Source of the DNA: Alphaproteobacteria bacterium
GTDB taxonomy: Bacteria; Pseudomonadota; Alphaproteobacteria; GM7ARS4; G965262615
NCBI GenBank assembly: GCA_965262615.1
Contig: OZ253545.1
Span: 608,001-672,000, forward strand
DNA length: 64,000 nt
Direction: 5' to 3'
The notes under the pieces are model-generated. The model ran no database searches and was not told the origin of the DNA. It saw nothing but the letters and a program-made list of their open reading frames with translations. Position 1 is the stretch's first letter, and every line of letters begins with the position of its first letter. This document shows positions 21,455 through 30,673 of this stretch, one piece after another. A program made the position numbers and the translations under genes.

Positions 21455-22418
21455 CCATGTATTCCAGCAAAATAGCCTTATGGCGACCGATGGTGCGTGC
21501 CGAGCCATACGCCATCACCGTGCCAGACAAATCACACAGACGCAAATGACCCCTGTCCAATTGCGCCATAGCCCTGCCGTAGGGGATGGTGAGGGCGGAG
21601 GTTTGTTGCTCAAGATAATCAAGCGGCAGCGACACCGGCACGGCTTCAATGGAGACAAACGCCTCATCTGGAGTGTGAAAGAGTTCATCCCCCATCACCA
21701 GCATGCCATCGTCATAGGAGGCATCATAATTGTGGTCGCCGATGGCGAGGGTGATGTCATGAGCATCCTCATCATCGTGATGGGTGTAGAGCACCATGTC
21801 TCCTGCGGTGAGAGATTGAAATTCGGCATCATCCAACATGACACTGCCCACAATTACGCGCGCATCAATGGTGAGTGGCGGTGATGGGGGCGTGGCGTGA
21901 TTGAGGCAAGAGATTAGATGTGCGAAAAAATCCACATCCGCTTCCTGAATTTCCAAAGTAAAACGATGTGTCTTTTTGTCGTTGCGAGCGGAGGCGGCGA
22001 TGGTGATGGCAGAGTCGGACGGCATCTCGTGTGGCTGCCACTGGCAATCGGTGATATGGATGGGCACGCCCAATTGCTGTTCGCATTCATTGAGGATTGG
22101 CTCGCCGATGGATTCCAGCAGGGCACAACGAACGGTCATGGGGGCGGAACGCAGAGCTTCTTCCACTTGGCTTGGGCTGAGATCGGGATGGTTCGGCAGC
22201 CGATGAAGATGACAATGACATGATTTGTCGCCAACGGTGAGAGAGAGTTTCACAATGCTGGAATTCACAGCATTGGTGGCGAGACTCATCACACCCACAG
22301 AATTAAGCATGATGCCATTCAATCCATCACGCAGGGCATTGTGATGATGCCACCCAGTGGCGGTGGAAGATTGCAACGAGTGCGGGCGATGAGGGGTGGA
22401 TGGCGGCAGAATAATCAC
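21444..22418 (-). CDS. sctQ: T3SS cytoplasmic ring protein SctQ (YscQ/FliN-like), divergent
   Basis: Follows sctN-O-P; SPOA-like L..GD.V segment and a degenerate C-terminal SpoA segment. Confidence 0.6.
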   Translation of the reverse strand: MIILPPSTPHRPHSLQSSTATGWHHHNALRDGLNGIMLNSVGVMSLATNAVNSSIVKLSLTVGDKSCHCHLHRLPNHPDLSPSQVEEALRSAPMTVRCALLESIGEPILNECEQQLGVPIHITDCQWQPHEMPSDSAITIAASARNDKKTHRFTLEIQEADVDFFAHLISCLNHATPPSPPLTIDARVIVGSVMLDDAEFQSLTAGDMVLYTHHDDEDAHDITLAIGDHNYDASYDDGMLVMGDELFHTPDEAFVSIEAVPVSLPLDYLEQQTSALTIPYGRAMAQLDRGHLRLCDLSGTVMAYGSARTIGRHKAILLEYMVTK

Positions 22419-23293
22419 GATGGAGTCTCACCCTCGTCCATGAGGTCCAATCCCCGTGAGCGTTGGTCTGGATTGCCCTGTTCTTGTTCTGAGGTGTAGT
22501 TGAGTTGCACATCCACATCCAATCCGCTTTGGCGGGTGAGGAGGTCGGCGAGATTGCTCTGTTCGGTCGCCAGCACATGGTGAGACACGGGGGAGGCGGT
22601 GTTCATTTGCACCATGAGTCCGCCGCCGCGTTCGGTCAGGCGAATTTCGGTCTGAGGCAGCAGGCGGCTATCCACCTTGATACGCACCTCGCCGCCGTGT
22701 GCCTGTTGGCTGCCCACCAAAATGCGCTCCGCCACCTGCGTGAGAGCTGGCGAGATGGTGGAAGCTTGAGCCGTTGCAGTCGCCTGAGGAGTGGTATGCG
22801 GTGCATGGGGCATGGAGGTGGGACGCTCGGCGCTGGTCATGAGCGGTTGTTGTTCAATGGTGTCATGATGACCCTCACGGGAGATTTTTTTGTGATGGTC
22901 TTTATGGGGGTCAACGGTTTGTTGCCCGCGCGTGTCGTCATGATGAATTTTTTGGGAGATTTTCTTGGAGTGCTCTTTCTTTTGATTGTTCACTTGGTGC
23001 TCATCACGGTTGTTTTCCTCTCTTTTACTGACCTCTTCTTTGTCTCGTGGCTTTGACTGGCTTTGAGTCTCTTGGGTGTCATTTGTTGATGTGGGCTCGT
23101 CTCTCATTGTGGAGGATTCATGCGCGGTGCGCCGCGAAGTGGGGCGATGCTCCTCATTGATGAGACGCTGCAGGTGCGCGGCATCTTGTTGCACATTCTG
23201 ATTGGGCGTATTGGTGCGGGCTTGTTGCTGAGTGGTCTCAACAGCTTTTTCATCCATGGCGGGATTTTTTTGCGAATTGATGGCATCAATCAT
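22415..23293 (-). CDS. sctP: T3SS needle-length ruler SctP (YscP/FliK-like)
   Basis: Low-complexity N-terminus, T3S4-like domain (RILV...EVRI.V...LLP.TEI.L...GG.L.V), terminal QRSRG motif. Confidence 0.8.
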   Translation of the reverse strand: MIDAINSQKNPAMDEKAVETTQQQARTNTPNQNVQQDAAHLQRLINEEHRPTSRRTAHESSTMRDEPTSTNDTQETQSQSKPRDKEEVSKREENNRDEHQVNNQKKEHSKKISQKIHHDDTRGQQTVDPHKDHHKKISREGHHDTIEQQPLMTSAERPTSMPHAPHTTPQATATAQASTISPALTQVAERILVGSQQAHGGEVRIKVDSRLLPQTEIRLTERGGGLMVQMNTASPVSHHVLATEQSNLADLLTRQSGLDVDVQLNYTSEQEQGNPDQRSRGLDLMDEGETPS

Positions 23294-23781
23294 GGGTCTT
23301 TCCTTTGAAAGCGGGTGGTGGCAAATTCATCAAGCTCGTCATCTTCGCGCCGATGGTGCTGAATGGTTTCTTCCTTCTGTATGTCTGTTGCCAATTCGTC
23401 CGTCTTGTTCCGTTGTTTGCGCGCTTTGCGATAGAGCTCGCGCGCTTTTTGCGTTTCTTCTTGGGCTTGTTGGTGGGATTGCTCGGCGGTGTTCTCTTGC
23501 GCGACGAGTTCCTGTTCGTGTTCTTTGAGCCGCTGGCGATGATTTTGCCATGCCTGCCAATCACGCTTGGTGAGCTTTTGTCCCTGAATGTCGGCAAAGA
23601 GAGCATCTTCTTTGGCGGGCATATCCTGTTGCCATGTGAGGCGTTCCTCTTGAGCTTGATCATAGTGTTTTTTGGCATCATCTTCTTGATGCTTGCGCTG
23701 TTGCAGGGCGCGCTCTTTTTTGTCCTCACGAATGTGACGCAATTTTTGCAAGGTGTGCACTTGTTTGAGAAAATTTGCCAT
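23290..23781 (-). CDS. sctO: T3SS stalk protein SctO (YscO)
   Basis: Charged coiled-coil protein directly after sctN; L.KLRHIRE start and EDDELDEF end; alternative GTG start at 23799. Confidence 0.8.
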   Translation of the reverse strand: MANFLKQVHTLQKLRHIREDKKERALQQRKHQEDDAKKHYDQAQEERLTWQQDMPAKEDALFADIQGQKLTKRDWQAWQNHRQRLKEHEQELVAQENTAEQSHQQAQEETQKARELYRKARKQRNKTDELATDIQKEETIQHHRREDDELDEFATTRFQRKDP

Positions 23782-23795
23782 CACACAAATTTCTC

Positions 23796-25112
23796 TCACA
23801 CAATAGCTTGAAGTTGGGCAAGGGTATCATCAAAAGATATTTGTTCTCTGACTCCTTGTTGGAGAAATTCCTCAATGGCATCATGATGAGCCACGGCGTT
23901 GTCAATGGTGGCATCATTGCCTTCTTGATATTCGCCGATGCGAATGAGCATTTCCACTTCTTTGTAGCTTGCCATCATGGAGCGCATTGTTCCTGCGGCG
24001 TGTTGATGGCTTTTGTCGGTGATGGCAGTCATGACGCGGCTGGTGCTGGCGAGAATATCAATGGCGGGATAATGGTTGCGGGCGGCAAGGTCACGAGACA
24101 AAATTATGTGACCGTCCAGAATGGAGCGGGTTTCGTCAGCGACTGGTTCGGTCATGTCATCGCCTTCCACAAGGACGGTATAAAGGGCGGTGATAGAGCC
24201 TCGCTCGCCCATGCCGGTGCGCTCCATGAGGCGCGGCAGCTCGGCAAAGACCGATGGCGGAAAGCCTCGCCGTGTGGGCGGCTCACCCGCCGACAAGCCA
24301 ATTTCGCGCTGGGCGCGGGCAAAGCGCGTGACCGAATCCATCAAGAACAAAACCTTCAAACCCTGATCTCTAAAATAATCGGCAATGGCGGTTGCCACCC
24401 ATGCGGCTTTGGCGCGCTCCATAGAGGATTTATCCGATGTTGCCACCACCAGTATGGAACGCTTCATGCCTTCTTCTCCCAGATCCCGTTCAATGAATTC
24501 TCGCACCTCTCGTCCGCGCTCACCAATGAGGGCAAGAATTGTGACATCGGCAGATGAGCCTTTGACAATCATGGAGAGCAAGGTTGATTTGCCGCCGCCC
24601 GCTGCCGCAAAAATTCCCATGCGTTGTCCCTCGCCGCAGGTGAGCAAGCCATCAATGGCGCGCACCCCCAGTGGCAGAGGCTCGCTGATGATGCGGCGCG
24701 TCATGGGATTGGGTGCTGCGCCATAGATGGGATAGGAAGACTCCGATTCCAGCGCGCCCTTGTTGTCAATAGGATTGCCCATGCCGTCCAGAATACGCCC
24801 CAGCATGGCATGCCCCACCGACACATGATGACTGCGTCCGGTGGGAATCACCTCAGTGGCATCGGAGATGCCCATCATCGTGCCGATGGGCGTCAGCAGA
24901 GCTTCTCGTCCGTGAAAGCCAATCACCTCTGCCAGCAGAATCTGATCGTGATGGGGTGTCACCAACTGACACAGCTCTCCCACTTCCGCCTGCGGTGTCA
25001 CCGCTTTGATGATTGTGCCCAGAACTTGCGTCACCCGTCCTCGTGAGCGCATCGTTGCGGTGTCATTGATGGTAGAGCCGATGAGGTCGGTGATGTAAGA
25101 TAAATCACGCAT
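23796..25112 (-). CDS. sctN: T3SS ATPase SctN (YscN)
   Basis: [48 protein letters not shown] and [10 protein letters not shown] motifs of the YscN type. Confidence 0.96.
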   Translation of the reverse strand: MRDLSYITDLIGSTINDTATMRSRGRVTQVLGTIIKAVTPQAEVGELCQLVTPHHDQILLAEVIGFHGREALLTPIGTMMGISDATEVIPTGRSHHVSVGHAMLGRILDGMGNPIDNKGALESESSYPIYGAAPNPMTRRIISEPLPLGVRAIDGLLTCGEGQRMGIFAAAGGGKSTLLSMIVKGSSADVTILALIGERGREVREFIERDLGEEGMKRSILVVATSDKSSMERAKAAWVATAIADYFRDQGLKVLFLMDSVTRFARAQREIGLSAGEPPTRRGFPPSVFAELPRLMERTGMGERGSITALYTVLVEGDDMTEPVADETRSILDGHIILSRDLAARNHYPAIDILASTSRVMTAITDKSHQHAAGTMRSMMASYKEVEMLIRIGEYQEGNDATIDNAVAHHDAIEEFLQQGVREQISFDDTLAQLQAIV

Positions 25113-25716
25113 CGCTTTGGCGTCCAAATAAATGACCCAAACTGTTGCGAATGGCAGCCAGCTGCACATCCAAACTGGCATCCAGCACTCCTAAGTCGCT
25201 CTCTAAAATGACACTGCCGCGCGCCAAGGATGAATCACGCACAATCTCCACAAAACTGGCATCGGTGATTTCTTTTTGCAGAACGGCTTGGTCTTCTTTG
25301 GCAACCCGCAGGCGGACGCGTTCGTGGTCACGCATCATTTTGAGAGCTTTGCGGACAATGGCGCGCACCTTGTCGCCTTGATCCATATCGTCCAGTATTT
25401 TTTGCAAGGCATCCATCACCAGCTCGGTGACGCTGTCTTCCAGATGATTGATATAATCCACACTGCGCGCCGCGGTGGTCATCATTTGCTCCGCCATTTG
25501 CATCTGTGCTTGTTCAATGGCTTTTTGTTTTTCCTTTTCTTTGATGACGATGGCTTGCGCGCGTGCGGCGCGCAGATGCTGTGCCGCCTGCCGCCGCGCA
25601 TGGCTGATGATGGTCATGCCTTGCGTGGCTTGTGCCAGCATCTTCCGCTTGATGACTTTCGTCTCCGTCCGCAGAAGATACTCTTCCAATGTTTGCTGGT
25701 CTGATGGCTGGGTCAT
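25105..25716 (-). CDS. sctL: T3SS stator SctL (YscL/HrpE)
   Basis: Helical N-terminus, [18 protein letters not shown]-terminus; directly upstream of sctN. Confidence 0.88.
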   Translation of the reverse strand: MTQPSDQQTLEEYLLRTETKVIKRKMLAQATQGMTIISHARRQAAQHLRAARAQAIVIKEKEKQKAIEQAQMQMAEQMMTTAARSVDYINHLEDSVTELVMDALQKILDDMDQGDKVRAIVRKALKMMRDHERVRLRVAKEDQAVLQKEITDASFVEIVRDSSLARGSVILESDLGVLDASLDVQLAAIRNSLGHLFGRQSDA

Positions 25717-26309
25717 GTCAATAAGGCGATGGGTTGATTCATGAGCCGTCCCAAGCGGTGAAAGAACAATGCACAGTTCGCAATGGCAATGGGCTTTGTT
25801 TTTTGCGGTGGTGGCAATCGGCGCAAAAAAACATCGCGCCACTCTCGCGACAAATCATCGGCACACTGGCGCAGCAACTGATAGCCGCGCGCATAGCAAT
25901 CATGACGCGCCGTTTGCGTCATATCTTTAGGCAGAGAAATTCCCAACAGGTCGGCACTGCGCACCACAAACAATCGCAATTCTTGTCCCCACTCTTCATC
26001 AATGGAACGGACGCTGTCGCCATCAATCGTCTGTCTGAGGTGACGCGCCGTCAAAACAGCCCCTCCATAGAGTGCCAGTAAATCCAATGACGGCGGCGGC
26101 AACAGTGCCACATGCTGAGCTGTGTCCAATTGGTTGATGTCACACCACGGCGTGTCATCGGTGGCGCGCAAGAGGTATCTGCCGCGCGCATGGCGCAGAC
26201 AAAAAGCCATGATGGCATCATCGGTATCGTCACGCGCCGCCATCGTGACAAATTGCGTCATGGCAACGGCAAGGGCAGCTGTGTTACGGCTTGTCATCAG
26301 AAACGCCAT
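25713..26309 (-). CDS. sctK: T3SS sorting-platform protein SctK-like
   Basis: Lies between sctJ and sctL; ALLP...L...G......LRQ.IDG pattern recalled from YscK-like proteins. Confidence 0.6.
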   Translation of the reverse strand: MAFLMTSRNTAALAVAMTQFVTMAARDDTDDAIMAFCLRHARGRYLLRATDDTPWCDINQLDTAQHVALLPPPSLDLLALYGGAVLTARHLRQTIDGDSVRSIDEEWGQELRLFVVRSADLLGISLPKDMTQTARHDCYARGYQLLRQCADDLSREWRDVFLRRLPPPQKTKPIAIANCALFFHRLGRLMNQPIALLT

Positions 26310-26904
26310 CGGAAAACATTGTCAGGGGATGGGCGGCAATCAAAACAACGGCAATGTCGGTGTAATCCACATGCGCCAAAGAGCGCGCCACCAAATTTTT
26401 AATGCGCGGCACAAGATCATGAATGTCATAGCGGTCGTCATAGCGAATGAAAACCGCCGCACTGCTTTTGATTTCTTTCTTGTGACTGGTCGCATCATCA
26501 GGCAATGACGAATGAACCCGAGCCGTCAGCACCCCATCAATGGCAGAGAGCGTCTCGGAGAGCTCTTGAGTCAAAGCATAATTGAGGCGCGCTCGCTGTT
26601 CCAATGAGGAAGAGATGCGGCTGTCATTTTTGAACATCTCACTGACGCCATCAAATTGTGGGCGCGGATAGCCTCTGTCTTGAAGCACCGTCATGGCGTG
26701 AGCAAATTGCTTTTCCTCCACATTGATGCCAAATAGATCGCCCTTGACGGTGAATTTTTCCGCATCAATGTGTGCCTCCAACAAGATGGCAAGCATTTCG
26801 TTGGCTTCCTGCTCTTGCAAATCGTGATAGAGTTCGGTCTTGCAGGCAGCAAGGATGATGGTTGCCATCACAAGGGCAGTCAGACGCAGACGGCACGCCA
26901 TCAC
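26284..26904 (-). CDS. sctJ: T3SS inner-membrane ring lipoprotein SctJ
   Basis: Lipobox LAAC; LY..L.EQEANEM.A.L and QELSETLS.IDGVL.ARVH motifs; no C-terminal TM helix. Confidence 0.93.
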   Translation of the reverse strand: MMACRLRLTALVMATIILAACKTELYHDLQEQEANEMLAILLEAHIDAEKFTVKGDLFGINVEEKQFAHAMTVLQDRGYPRPQFDGVSEMFKNDSRISSSLEQRARLNYALTQELSETLSAIDGVLTARVHSSLPDDATSHKKEIKSSAAVFIRYDDRYDIHDLVPRIKNLVARSLAHVDYTDIAVVLIAAHPLTMFSDGVSDDKP

Positions 26905-27305
26905 TGCTCTGCTTCTTTGACTCCCGCCAGTGCGTTTGCCATCGCCACCGCCCAGGGCTCTTTGCCTTCTTTGCGCACCATCTCAACCATGCGCATGGAT
27001 TCCTGACGGCGACCGCCACAATGCAATGCCAGTGCCAAAAAGCAATTGACAGCCTCACTGTCTCGATGGTCATGCAGGTGTGCTTTGCTCAGCAGAGCGA
27101 TGGCTTGTTCCCACTCGCCGCCGTTCATGCGAGCCAGTGCCATGCCCACGATGGGAAGGTCGCTTTTGGGTTTTAACACACGCAAGCCGTCAAAAATTGT
27201 CTCGGCGGATTTTTGATCCCCCATGCCAGCCGCCACCATGCCTGTTTCGCTCAACAGACGGGCAAGGCTCATGGAGAGAGGAGGGAGAGAGCGGTCGCTT
27301 TTCAT
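26901..27305 (-). CDS. TPR-type T3SS chaperone (HrpB1/YscG/Bcr4-like)
   Basis: L.E.G..A......AE.IF.GL..L.P TPR pattern; lies between the translocon genes and sctJ. Confidence 0.65.
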   Translation of the reverse strand: MKSDRSLPPLSMSLARLLSETGMVAAGMGDQKSAETIFDGLRVLKPKSDLPIVGMALARMNGGEWEQAIALLSKAHLHDHRDSEAVNCFLALALHCGGRRQESMRMVEMVRKEGKEPWAVAMANALAGVKEAEQ

Positions 27306-27320
27306 GGAATCATCCTTTCC

Positions 27321-28118
27321 TTAATAGTGACTCTTTTCAGCCGTTTGATGATGGGTGTCATTGATCTCCTTGATGGTTTGCAACACCGCTTGTTGCATAC
27401 TCCAGATGTTTTGCATGTCTTCGCTGTCTTGGGAGACATATGTTCCCGCTTTGGTGGCGGCGGTTTCATCTTCGGTTTCTTTGGCTTTGGCTTGGGTTTC
27501 TTCGTAGGTAGCCGTGGAGCTGCCCATTTTGCCGCCCGCACTGATGGTATCGCTCACCGCCGTGTAGCGCATCTGCGTGCTTTGCGACAATGCCGCACCC
27601 GCCTGAGCATCCGATGCCCCACGCATCGCTTTCAAACCGCGCGCACCACCCACGCCCTGAGCAACGCCCGCTCCAATCTCCGCCGCACCTTGAACACAAC
27701 CACTGATGAGCTCCATATTTGCCTCTTTCTTGATGTCCTTGCTTTTATCCTTGAGAGAACTCACCTGTGAGGACAAATCCGCTTTGCGCTCTTTGCGCTC
27801 CGATTGATGAGTCGCCAGCTCCGATTGAATCAGCGTCAGAAGCAACGACAGCCAGTCAAACTTGTCGCCGCTATTGAGTGCAGCCATGCGGTTATATGTG
27901 CCGTCTAAGGAATGACCGCCTTTTGTATTGGGCGCGGACAGTGTCACATGGGAGGCTGTCGGCGTGGTCGCCTTGCCACCCGATGTGCTCTCCTCAACGG
28001 TCGTCAGGGGCGTGGCGGTGGTGGGACGATTCTTGCCCACATCACCTTTTTGACCGGTTTTGCGAGTCTCCTGTGTCGCCGTTGTCGGCAGGGGGGGTGT
28101 GCTGATGCTGTTGATCAT
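27321..28118 (-). CDS. sctB: T3SS minor translocator SctB (YopD/BopD-like)
   Basis: Ser/Thr/Pro-rich N-terminus, L.AP chaperone-binding-like motif, one Gly/Ala hydrophobic segment, amphipathic C-terminus; AAGGAG SD. Confidence 0.72.
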   Translation of the reverse strand: MINSISTPPLPTTATQETRKTGQKGDVGKNRPTTATPLTTVEESTSGGKATTPTASHVTLSAPNTKGGHSLDGTYNRMAALNSGDKFDWLSLLLTLIQSELATHQSERKERKADLSSQVSSLKDKSKDIKKEANMELISGCVQGAAEIGAGVAQGVGGARGLKAMRGASDAQAGAALSQSTQMRYTAVSDTISAGGKMGSSTATYEETQAKAKETEDETAATKAGTYVSQDSEDMQNIWSMQQAVLQTIKEINDTHHQTAEKSHY

Positions 28119-28137
28119 CGTTTTGCTCCTTTGCGGG

Positions 28138-29259
28138 TTACACCATTTGTTCGGCGGTATAGTCTGTGCCTTCATTGAAACTTTGAATCACCTCAAAGGC
28201 ACTGGATCTGGTATCTTGAATCATTTTGCTGGTGCGCTTGATGTCGGTCACCATCTGTTGCTTGTTGGATTCCATCTCCTTGATGGTGGCGTGGGTCTCG
28301 GCTTCATCGGCGCGATCCTTGGTGGCATCGGAGGTATACACCGCTTTGGCAACATCCGCTCCGCCCTCTGACACCATTGAGGTGGCTTGCACAACCGTCT
28401 CAATCAAGCGAGAGACTTGCAAAACCATCGCCGCCGTCTCGGACGCTGTCGCACCACCCGATGCCACCGCAGCGATAATATTCGCGCCAATAATCACCGT
28501 CATCACCACCGCCATCGCCATGTATTGACTAATCTCTTTGGCTTTGTCTGCCGATGTGCCAAAAGCCTCCAGCATTTTGGCAAAGCCCTTGGCGATGCCA
28601 GTCATCATTTTGGTCATCGCGCCTGTCTCGCTCATAATCATCAGTCCCAGACCCACAACCGCCATCGCCAGCATCGGCCAAGCCGCACCACCGGTCGCTA
28701 TGGTCGCCACAACAGCCGCAATCACCGCAACAACCGTGCCAATCCAGCCAAAAATCTTGCTCACCAGACTCGCTTTCTTGCTCTTTTCGGTCTTCTTGAT
28801 GCTGTCTTTGATCTTGGCAATCACTTTTTTGTGTTGTTCTTGCAACGACTTGTCGCTGGATTTGAGCTCCTTTTTTTGCGACTCCATCTGTTTGTCACCC
28901 AACTCATTGCGAAGATGATTGAAAATCGCCGTCAAAATCTGTGAGTCCATCGTCGGCTTATCCAAGTGAGGCATACCCACATAGAGACGCGATGAAGTGT
29001 TGTTTTTTGTGCCGCCTTCTTTGGAAGAATCTGCAACCGTCAGCAAAGGACGAGACAACGATGGAACACCTGCCGATGAGGTTCGGCTGCTTTTGTGAAC
29101 AGTATTGCTCTTGAGATGACTGCTTTTGAGGTTTTTGCCCTTCAGGCTCTTGTTTCGCAAAGTAGACGCGCGTGTTGATGCTCCCCGCACCGTATCATCA
29201 TCGGGAAGATTGCTGGGCGGCAGAGCTCCGCCACTGCCCATGATTCCATTATACGGCAT
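28138..29259 (-). CDS. sctE: T3SS major translocator SctE (YopB/BopB/SseC-like)
   Basis: Coiled coil followed by SKIFGWIG...VATIATGGAA hydrophobic hairpin and a second hydrophobic segment; PxLxxP motifs. Confidence 0.9.
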   Translation of the reverse strand: MPYNGIMGSGGALPPSNLPDDDTVRGASTRASTLRNKSLKGKNLKSSHLKSNTVHKSSRTSSAGVPSLSRPLLTVADSSKEGGTKNNTSSRLYVGMPHLDKPTMDSQILTAIFNHLRNELGDKQMESQKKELKSSDKSLQEQHKKVIAKIKDSIKKTEKSKKASLVSKIFGWIGTVVAVIAAVVATIATGGAAWPMLAMAVVGLGLMIMSETGAMTKMMTGIAKGFAKMLEAFGTSADKAKEISQYMAMAVVMTVIIGANIIAAVASGGATASETAAMVLQVSRLIETVVQATSMVSEGGADVAKAVYTSDATKDRADEAETHATIKEMESNKQQMVTDIKRTSKMIQDTRSSAFEVIQSFNEGTDYTAEQMV

Positions 29260-29262
29260 GAC

Positions 29263-29769
29263 TTATTTTTTCCTCTTTTTGCTGGTGCTGCGTTTTTGTT
29301 CATCGCTGATGTGATGCAGCATTTGCTGAGCTTGGGTCAAAAGCGATTGATACTTTTTGCGTCCTTTGGCTTGATGGATGGCGGCATCCAGAGATGTGCG
29401 CGCCGCATCAAAATCCTTCATTTCTATGAAGCAATAGGAGGCATGAAAAGACGGTTCGGGATCGTCAATGTCAAGAAGAGCCATGTAGGCATAAGATTCC
29501 GCCGCCTTCTTGTAGTTCTTTTGCATCTGATAACACGCCGCCAGACCCTTCCAAAAGCGTTTGTCCATGTGTTGATACAAGCACAGATAGCAGAACAATT
29601 TTTGTGCCTTGTCGTAGTCTCCTTGTCCGTAAAAGCTGTGAGCAACGCTGTAGATGGCTTCCAGATCGTCGGTGCTGATGCCCTGCAGCATGGAGAGCGT
29701 GCCACCATTCTTGATGACCTCCAGTCCGTGAGATAAATCGTGTTCGGTGATCTCGTGATGGGTGTTCAT
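29263..29769 (-). CDS. sycD: Class II translocator chaperone SycD/LcrH
   Basis: GGTL..L.G, LEAIYS.A..FY.QG.Y..A..LF and RFWKGLAAC.Q TPR motifs. Confidence 0.92.
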   Translation of the reverse strand: MNTHHEITEHDLSHGLEVIKNGGTLSMLQGISTDDLEAIYSVAHSFYGQGDYDKAQKLFCYLCLYQHMDKRFWKGLAACYQMQKNYKKAAESYAYMALLDIDDPEPSFHASYCFIEMKDFDAARTSLDAAIHQAKGRKKYQSLLTQAQQMLHHISDEQKRSTSKKRKK

Positions 29770-29781
29770 GATGGTCTCCCG

Positions 29782-30324
29782 TTAGTCTTTGATGGATTGG
29801 ATGATGGTCTCAGCGGTGCGAGAATACATGGATGCCATGTTGGACATTTGCTCGGAGTATTCACTGTGCATATCGGTGAGCTGTTTGATTTCGGTCTCAT
29901 CGGTTTGGCTATTGGTTGAGAGGGTGTCTATTTTACTGCGCACCACTTCGGTCCATTCGTCCCACTTGTCTTTATCAATATCGCCTGAATCGGGAGATTC
30001 GCCGTTGGCTTTGAGCCATGTCTGCACACTGGCGGGCAGGGTTTTTTTATCCGTTCCCGAGGGCTTGCCTGACAACAAAGATTGCAAAACATTATTGGCA
30101 TCTTGCTGTTTGGCGATGCGCTGTTTCATGGATTCACTTTTGGTTTTCAGCTGCGACTCGGCATTGTACATCAGACGAGCATTCACATAGAACTGCAGCT
30201 GCTCAAAAGAGAAGGTTTTGCCATCACTGGTGTGGTAGATGGTATTGCCGCTGGCATCGGTGCCACTGGTGATGGTCACGGGACGAGAGGTGTCACCGGT
30301 GATGGAAAATGGGTTGGACATCAT
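29782..30324 (-). CDS. T3SS tip/filament protein (Bsp22/SseB/EspA-like, SctA)
   Basis: N-terminal coiled coil; C-terminal IDTLSTNSQ...I.QL......EQMSN......ETIIQSI pattern; directly upstream of sycD. Confidence 0.72.
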   Translation of the reverse strand: MMSNPFSITGDTSRPVTITSGTDASGNTIYHTSDGKTFSFEQLQFYVNARLMYNAESQLKTKSESMKQRIAKQQDANNVLQSLLSGKPSGTDKKTLPASVQTWLKANGESPDSGDIDKDKWDEWTEVVRSKIDTLSTNSQTDETEIKQLTDMHSEYSEQMSNMASMYSRTAETIIQSIKD

Positions 30325-30350
30325 GCAATCTCCTTACGCTGTCTCTTGTG

Positions 30351-30378
30351 TTGGTGTGTGATGAGGGGAAATTGTTCC
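30351..30378 (-). promoter_or_regulatory. hrp-box-like ECF promoter upstream of the tip/translocon genes
   Basis: Minus strand GGAACA-N15-ACACCAA versus HrpL consensus GGAACC-N15/16-CCACNNA; ends 27 nt before ATG 30324, which has an AAGGAG SD. Confidence 0.55.
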
Positions 30379-30379
30379 T

Positions 30380-30673
30380 TCACACAGATTTGAAATGACG
30401 CTTGCGTTGCACATCTTGCGACACAACCTTGTGAGAGGGCGCATCGGCGGGCATATCCGACATATCGGGACGCACCACGCCTTTGCTTCTCAACTGCTTT
30501 TGCGATGAAGTAAAATGAGCGCGCGCCTTTTTCAAAACTTCAGGATTGGGATTGTTCTCATGAAGAAAATAACGCAATTGATGCTCATCAATGTCATCCC
30601 AATCCTTGAGAAAAGAATTCAAGCGGTGCAGCGCGCGCCGCGCGCGATCCATGACATCATGGGTCATCATCAT
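30380..30673 (-). CDS. Small helical T3SS-associated protein (positional LcrG-like)
   Basis: 97 aa with a basic C-terminal tail (RKRHFKSV); directly upstream of the tip gene; start overlaps the stop of the previous ORF. Confidence 0.6.
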   Translation of the reverse strand: MMMTHDVMDRARRALHRLNSFLKDWDDIDEHQLRYFLHENNPNPEVLKKARAHFTSSQKQLRSKGVVRPDMSDMPADAPSHKVVSQDVQRKRHFKSV

